A stretch of 64,000 bases of DNA from a virus (taxonomy: Duplodnaviria > Caudoviricetes). Every line of letters begins with the position of its first letter. Within the stretch, counting starts at the first letter, position 1. The DNA lies in the IMG/VR virus record IMGVR_UViG_2775506945_000003; one strand, written 5' to 3'. Under the pieces are notes generated by a model that saw only the letters and a program-made list of their open reading frames with translations, made no database searches and was not told the DNA's origin. Below are positions 57,785-64,000 of this stretch, piece after piece. The translations under genes were made by a program, and so were the position numbers.

Positions 57785-57948
57785 GGGACATCCAGAAACG
57801 AGAAAACCCGCCGGAGCGGGTTGATTGTAGGGGTGAGATCGCTCAGCCGTAACGACGCAGCCCCAGCAGTCCAGGGAAGTTGGTCTGGTTCCCTCGGCAC
57901 TGGCAGTCGCTGTAGTGCTTGCCGCAAGCGTCTTTGTTGGGATCGCTA

Positions 57949-59070
57949 TTAATCCGGCAGTAATAATCCGTACAGATTGTATACTTCCGGCATGGAAAAA
58001 ATCGATGTGCGCAAGCTTGAACTGGCCGCCCGTGAGCAGCTGAGGCGTACCGCTATCCGGATGTACAAGCGAGGCCGGTCTCAAGCCAGTATTGCCGAAG
58101 AACTCGGGCTGCGCCGCCCCACCATTTCCGCCTGGGTGGTGCGTGAGGCAGCACTAGGTGCGCAGGGATTCAAAGAACAGAAGCGCGGTCGCGCCGAAGG
58201 CACCGGCCGTCGGCTGACCGAGGCGCAGGAAGCCCGGATCAAGCAGGACATCGTGGATCGCACGCCAGACCAGATGAAGCTGAGGTTTGCCCTGTGGAGT
58301 GCTCAGGCGGTCAAGGCTGTAATCAAGCAGATGTTTCTGATCGATCTGCCGATCCGTACTGTCCGTCTGTACTTGGCCCGCTGGGGCTTTACGCCGCAGC
58401 GCCCGCTCAAACGCGCTTATGAGCAGCGACCGGCAGCAGTCGAGAAATGGCTCAAGGAGGAATACCCGGCTATCGTCGCGCGTGCCAAAGCGGAAATGGC
58501 TGAAATCAGCTGGGGCGACGAATCGGCGGTGTCGAGTGTTGAGCACTTTCCGCGTGGCTACGCCCCAAAAGGCCAAACCCCAGTTCTGGTGTTATCCCAA
58601 TCGAAAAGAGCGCGCATCAACTTGATTTCGGCCATTACCAACCAAGGCAAGATGCGCTTCATGCTGTACCGGGAGACCTTGACGGCCCGGGTGCTGATCA
58701 AGTTTCTGATGCGGCTGATCCGTGATGCTGGCGGCAAGAAGGTGTTCTTGATCCTCGACAACTTGCGCGTGCATCACAGCAAGCTGGTGCAAGCATGGTT
58801 GGAGGAGGAAGAGAACAAGAAGGCGATTGAGTTGTTCTTCCTGCCCAGCTACTCACCGGAACTGAACCCGGATGAATACTTGAACGGCGACCTGAAGGCC
58901 AGAATGAGCGCAGGTGAGCCGGTTCGATCAGACGGTCAACTTCAAGGGAAAGTGCTGTCCCATTTACGCTCATTGCAGAAGCAGCCGGCCAGAATCCGGT
59001 CGTACTTCCGGCATGAAAAAATCCGCTACGCGGCATGAGCTTTCTGTACGGTATTTGACTGCCGGATTAA
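57949..59070 (+). mobile_element. IS630-family element copy 2
   Basis: Same transposase and TIRs as copy 1. Confidence 0.95.
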
Positions 59071-60151
59071 TAGCTCCGGCCGCCTTCCATTGCTTCATGA
59101 AGGCCGCGCCCCGCCCCTGGATGAAGGTGCTGGCGATCTCCAACGAAGCTTCGTAGCTGGAGAAGCCACTGCCGACCAGGCTTTGCATGCTGCCCTGGTA
59201 GTCGATGCCGGCCTTCTTGTACGCCTCTATGGTCGGCTTGGCATTCATGTGCGACAGCCAGTTACGCAGATTGGTCACGGCCTCGTCGCCGGACCCGGCG
59301 CCTTCGCGGCCGACTTCCAGACTGGCCACGATCTGGGTGACTGCTTCCTGGCCCTTGATGCCTTTGGCCGCAAAGGCGGCCGTCATTTCCGGCAACGCCT
59401 TCGCCATGTCCTTCAGTTCGAACCTCCCCAACTTGCCGCCATAGGCCGCCCGGTTGAACGCCTCCTTCAAGCCCTTTTCGGTTTTGATACCCAGCGTCTC
59501 GGTGAAGCTGTAGACCATGCTGGCCACGTCCCGCATGTCGGCATTGGTCGCCGTCGACACCTGGCCAAGCAGCTTGGCCCGTTCCCCGGCCTCCTTGGCA
59601 TCCATGCCGGCCGCAACCAACGTGTTGACGCCTTCCATGATTGCGGCATGCCCCTGGTTGGTGGTGAGGGCCGCCTGGCGGATCAGCCCTCCGACCTGCT
59701 GCTCCTGCAGCTTGGTCAGATTGCCGGTGATGGCGATATCGCGCAGGCCCGACTCGAATCGTGCTCCCTGCTTTATGGAGCTGAAGACCGGCGCGCCAAC
59801 GGCTACCGCTGTCGCTGCGCTTTCCTTCATCCCCGACCAGCTGTCCTGGCGTGCCTGCTTCAACTCCAAGCCGCGCGCCATGCTGGCGGCCAGCTTTTCC
59901 TGCTTCAGCCTGAGCGCGTCCACTGCGCGCCCCAGCCGTTCGTAGTCGCGGTTCAGCGCGGCTAGGCTGCCGCCGCTCAAAGTGCCCATGGCGCGCCGCA
60001 TAGACTGCCCCAGGGCGTCCTGCTGGGCCGTCAATTGCTTGCTGGTGGCGCCGAGTACATCCATGGTGCGTTTGGCGCCAGCGAATGCGGCAAGGTAGGA
60101 ACCCTGCAAAACGGCACCGATTGCCACACTGACCAGCATGTTGTTCGCCAT
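59071..60151 (-). pseudogene. P2-like tape measure protein truncated by IS630
   Basis: VAIGAVL N-terminus, GRFELKDM core; frame runs into the IS. Confidence 0.85.
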
Positions 60152-60179
60152 CTGAAAGCGTCCTCGCTATACTGCGCTT

Positions 60180-60434
60180 ATGAAAATCGAAACCCATGAC
60201 ATCAGCGAAACCATCGCTGAAGCCGTCCAGATCGTCGGTGCCGCCGTCGCCTGCGGAGTCGCCATATGGTGGGCATGGTCGCTTGCTGCGGGTAGCGTGG
60301 TCGGCTTTGTCTTGCTGTTGCTTCTGGCCGTGCTATTCATCGCGCCGCTGGTCGCCTGGGGATTGCCGATGGTGGCGCTGGTGCTGGGCGCGCTGGTCCG
60401 GGTGATCCGCTCCGACCACTCCATCCCGCTGTAA
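60180..60434 (+). CDS. Small membrane protein (moron)
   Basis: Highly hydrophobic, opposite strand within tail genes. Confidence 0.6.
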   Translation: MKIETHDISETIAEAVQIVGAAVACGVAIWWAWSLAAGSVVGFVLLLLLAVLFIAPLVAWGLPMVALVLGALVRVIRSDHSIPL

Positions 60435-60606
60435 GTCCGGCTCTTCGCCACAGGCCGCCGATAATCCGGCGGCCTTTGCTTTGTGGCCTTAGTGAGTTTG
60501 CCGGCGCTTAATCTCCCTCTCCGCAGCTCCCAGCCAGAACCAGTAATCTTCCATCTCCAGCCCGTCGATCTCGGACGGCGGCATCCCCAGCGCGATCAAC
60601 AGCACT

Positions 60607-60876
60607 TCATCCAGCGGCAGCAGGCTGCTCTCCGATGCCCACCATTTGGCGAAAACAATCGGACAATGCCTTGCTGTCGGCGATGTCCAGCTGGTCGATG
60701 TCTTCCAGCGTCAGGCCCGTCATGCGGGCGAACAGGTAGTCTTCCTGGTCGGCGTCGTCTTGGCTGTGGCGGCTGGCGGCCTTCAAGTCCGCGCGCTTCA
60801 GGCGCTTGATGTCCAGCGCCTCAATACGCTGGCCTGCGGCACTGGTGAACGGGTACTGCAGCTTGAGCTTGTCCAT
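60607..60876 (-). CDS. Tail assembly chaperone (gpE / gp41-like), with an E'-like frame ending at 60489
   Basis: L.YP...L.IKRLKRADL..TGLT.EDIDQLD.AD. Confidence 0.85.
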   Translation of the reverse strand: MDKLKLQYPFTSAAGQRIEALDIKRLKRADLKAASRHSQDDADQEDYLFARMTGLTLEDIDQLDIADSKALSDCFRQMVGIGEQPAAAG

Positions 60877-60946
60877 GGAAATATCCTTCCGTTTGATTGA
60901 TTGGGAACCACGAAAGGATTGTGGCCGGGTGGCCGAGGAAACGCCG

Positions 60947-60960
60947 TTAAAGGGCTTTAA
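60947..60960. promoter_or_regulatory. Palindrome TTAAAG-GG-CTTTAA upstream of tail chaperone, possible late-activator site
   Basis: 14-bp dyad in intergenic region. Confidence 0.45.
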
Positions 60961-61021
60961 AGAAGGGTTTGCACGTTTGGTCAGTCGAAAAGGTCAAGGT
61001 ATCGTGATAGTTTCCGCGGCC

Positions 61022-61441
61022 ATGAAACCCGTCATCAGATTGGGCGACCCCACCAGCCACGACGGCAAGGTGGTCAGCGCCTCCAGTACCACCACCATGT
61101 TCGGCAAGGCTGTCGCATTGGTGGGCGACTCCGTCTCTTGCCCACAGCAGGGCCATACCAATTGTGTGATTGTTGAAGGCGATCCCACCTGGACAGTGGG
61201 AGGCAAAAGCGTCGCGTTGGACGGCCACAAGGTCAGCTGCGGTGCCACGCTGATCAGCACGCTCGGCGCAGTGATGCGAAGCTATGAAAGTAGTGGAACA
61301 GCGACTACAGGGGCTAGCTCTATTGGGGTTGCCGCTGGCGCCGCAGTTGCCGCGGCGGCGGTGGGCCTTGCCGCCTTCGATGAGCAGATCAGGTTCTTTA
61401 CTGCCAATCGCAATGTCTTGGCGAACACCCGTTACAAGCTA
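61022..61441 (+). pseudogene. PAAR-domain protein with C-terminal extension, truncated by IS630
   Basis: IRLGD.TSH.G.V, GD.VSCP..GH, GH..SCGATLI; FDEQIRF extension. Confidence 0.85.
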
Positions 61442-62563
61442 TTAATCCGGCAGTCAAATACCGTACAGAAAGCTCATGCCGCGTAGCGGATTTTTTCATG
61501 CCGGAAGTACGACCGGATTCTGGCCGGCTGCTTCTGCAATGAGCGTAAATGGGACAGCACTTTCCCTTGAAGTTGACCGTCTGATCGAACCGGCTCACCT
61601 GCGCTCATTCTGGCCTTCAGGTCGCCGTTCAAGTATTCATCCGGGTTCAGTTCCGGTGAGTAGCTGGGCAGGAAGAACAACTCAATCGCCTTCTTGTTCT
61701 CTTCCTCCTCCAACCATGCTTGCACCAGCTTGCTGTGATGCACGCGCAAGTTGTCGAGGATCAAGAACACCTTCTTGCCGCCAGCATCACGGATCAGCCG
61801 CATCAGAAACTTGATCAGCACCCGGGCCGTCAAGGTCTCCCGGTACAGCATGAAGCGCATCTTGCCTTGGTTGGTAATGGCCGAAATCAAGTTGATGCGC
61901 GCTCTTTTCGATTGGGATAACACCAGAACTGGGGTTTGGCCTTTTGGGGCGTAGCCACGCGGAAAGTGCTCAACACTCGACACCGCCGATTCGTCGCCCC
62001 AGCTGATTTCAGCCATTTCCGCTTTGGCACGCGCGACGATAGCCGGGTATTCCTCCTTGAGCCATTTCTCGACTGCTGCCGGTCGCTGCTCATAAGCGCG
62101 TTTGAGCGGGCGCTGCGGCGTAAAGCCCCAGCGGGCCAAGTACAGACGGACAGTACGGATCGGCAGATCGATCAGAAACATCTGCTTGATTACAGCCTTG
62201 ACCGCCTGAGCACTCCACAGGGCAAACCTCAGCTTCATCTGGTCTGGCGTGCGATCCACGATGTCCTGCTTGATCCGGGCTTCCTGCGCCTCGGTCAGCC
62301 GACGGCCGGTGCCTTCGGCGCGACCGCGCTTCTGTTCTTTGAATCCCTGCGCACCTAGTGCTGCCTCACGCACCACCCAGGCGGAAATGGTGGGGCGGCG
62401 CAGCCCGAGTTCTTCGGCAATACTGGCTTGAGACCGGCCTCGCTTGTACATCCGGATAGCGGTACGCCTCAGCTGCTCACGGGCGGCCAGTTCAAGCTTG
62501 CGCACATCGATTTTTTCCATGCCGGAAGTATACAATCTGTACGGATTATTACTGCCGGATTAA
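61442..62563 (-). mobile_element. IS630-family element copy 3 (inverted)
   Basis: Same transposase (61474-62535) and TIRs. Confidence 0.95.
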
Positions 62564-62871
62564 TAAGTTAAGCTTTTGGCACATTTACTTGTCAAGTTAT
62601 CTCTAAATGCTTTGATCAGCAGACATACATCTTGCTTGGCTAATTTGCTCGGCCATCCCGCTCTGGTTTCTGCTATTATTTTTCTACACTTAACTCGGGC
62701 AATAATTAAGACATGGAGCTTACGCCTATCCGTTTGCTTGGCTTGTGCCGCCTTCAAGATATTGTCTACGCGGCGAAGTAGAAAAGGGCTGATATCCTTT
62801 CCTTTTTCAGAAGTAGATATAAGGATTTTCGTTAATCCGTCGATAGCCGCGTGGTCTTCCATCAGCATCAA
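62560..62871 (-). pseudogene. Hypothetical protein, probably truncated by IS630
   Basis: GAGGAG SD; stop codon lies inside the IS end. Confidence 0.5.
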
Positions 62872-63076
62872 CTCCTCTTAAGTAGCGTTCCACAAATTTT
62901 ATTTTGCATATGGCCCGCCCGAAATAAGACTAGTCTTAAAATTCTTTTTCAATGACATGGCCGTCCTCTATGATCGTCCAGCAACATCAGACGTAGAGGG
63001 CGCGTAAGGCCTGGACAGTTTGTCCGGGTCTTTTCATTTGATATCCGCCGCCCGGCAGCCAAGCGGAATGCTTGAC

Positions 63077-64000
63077 TCACTGCGTGCGAGGCAGCACCGG
63101 TTCAAAACTTGCGCCCTCGCCGCCAATCGCCTGCAGCGTCACCAGCAAGCCGGGGATGTGATTGGCCCCGACCACCCACAGGACATTCTTGTTCTCATAA
63201 TCGCCCTTGTTGTCGAAAAACCTGTCGCTCAACCACTGATTGCTTCGGGCCTCGCAACAGGCGTAATCGTTGCCCTCTTCCGCGAGCTTTTGGCCATATT
63301 CAACAAAACTGGCATTTTCATTGCCGGTCATGAACGCATCGTCGCCATGGTCCATATCCGCCGCCTCCCCTGCCTGACGATAAGTCCTGACCTGATCGCC
63401 ATCGTCCTTGTAATGATTGGCGAGCTGGACCCGCGAATCAGCGGTTTCAAGATATTCGACCTTGCCTGCCGCGCTGAGGAACAAATCGTCGTAGGGCGCC
63501 TTGTTGATCTCGCAAACCGACTCGTACTGCTTCAACCTCATCTCCGCGCGGCGGATATCGGCCGGTTTTCCGCCCTCCCGCGCCGCCGCCACCCGCGCGC
63601 GGCCGTCAAGCACGTCCTGAACCTGCCCGGCCAGCTCATCCAGGCTTTTCCCTGTCGAGTTTCCTGGCACTTCCAGGTAGACCACGTCAAATTTCTTGTC
63701 TCGAACAAGATTGAGCAGTTCAACGCCATGATGCTTGTCCTGGATGATGCCTTCCCTGTGCATCGCCCCCAGCAGATGGAGCTCTGCCCCATCGACATTG
63801 ACCTTCCACAAGTTCATCCCATTGCTCGGCGCCATCTTCGACAACTCGGATATCGCCGCCCCTCTGGCCTTCAAATCATCCGGCCTCATGGTCCTCTTCA
63901 AATCCGCCACTTCCAGTTTCTTGCTTCCCGCCACCGAAGCGCTCTCAAACGAACCATTCAAAACCGAACTCAAACCGCCCGATGCTGTAACGCCATACAT
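63077..64000 (-). CDS. TraB/GumN (Tiki-like) domain protein; may extend beyond window
   Basis: LWKV..LHLLGAMH, VYLE, LET, R...W, VVGANH. Confidence 0.65.
   Translation of the reverse strand: MYGVTASGGLSSVLNGSFESASVAGSKKLEVADLKRTMRPDDLKARGAAISELSKMAPSNGMNLWKVNVDGAELHLLGAMHREGIIQDKHHGVELLNLVRDKKFDVVYLEVPGNSTGKSLDELAGQVQDVLDGRARVAAAREGGKPADIRRAEMRLKQYESVCEINKAPYDDLFLSAAGKVEYLETADSRVQLANHYKDDGDQVRTYRQAGEAADMDHGDDAFMTGNENASFVEYGQKLAEEGNDYACCEARSNQWLSDRFFDNKGDYENKNVLWVVGANHIPGLLVTLQAIGGEGASFEPVLPRTQ

Noticed and set aside
57785-58084. N-terminal extension of gpK in the ORF track
   Set aside because: Reads through the IS630 antisense strand and a terminator; real start is 57784

Overview
GC-rich betaproteobacterial (Chromobacterium-like, by inference) accessory region made of nested prophage DNA. 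(1) 1-39172: right ~39 kb of a temperate myophage integrated at a tRNA-Ser(TGA) anticodon loop (3' tRNA fragment at 39173-39228). It has a cI/cro/CII early region, a Mu-like contractile tail, a lysis cassette, a protease-scaffold-capsid fusion, portal and terminase, a Mor/C-like late activator, two tyrosine recombinases and an ori-like iteron array. It also carries a LuxR solo with an AHL-type pocket, an RsaL-like XRE protein, a predicted antisense sRNA against one recombinase, three identically spaced late-promoter motifs and three accessory cargo blocks (Septu-like ATPase+HNH, a DUF3578/DUF3883 nuclease, membrane proteins). The tail tube gene is broken by IS630. (2) 39229-57948: a second element with a P4-like integrase, parA/parG plus centromere-like repeats, a GNAT gene, a shell-less RHS-core ADP-ribosyltransferase sharing a duplicated leader, IS5/IS3/resolvase debris, and a lambda-like tail and lysis remnant. 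(3) 57949-64000: two inverted IS630 copies enclosing a P2-like tail/PAAR fragment, then a TraB/GumN(Tiki)-like gene. All calls come from visual motif recognition; no database searches were run.
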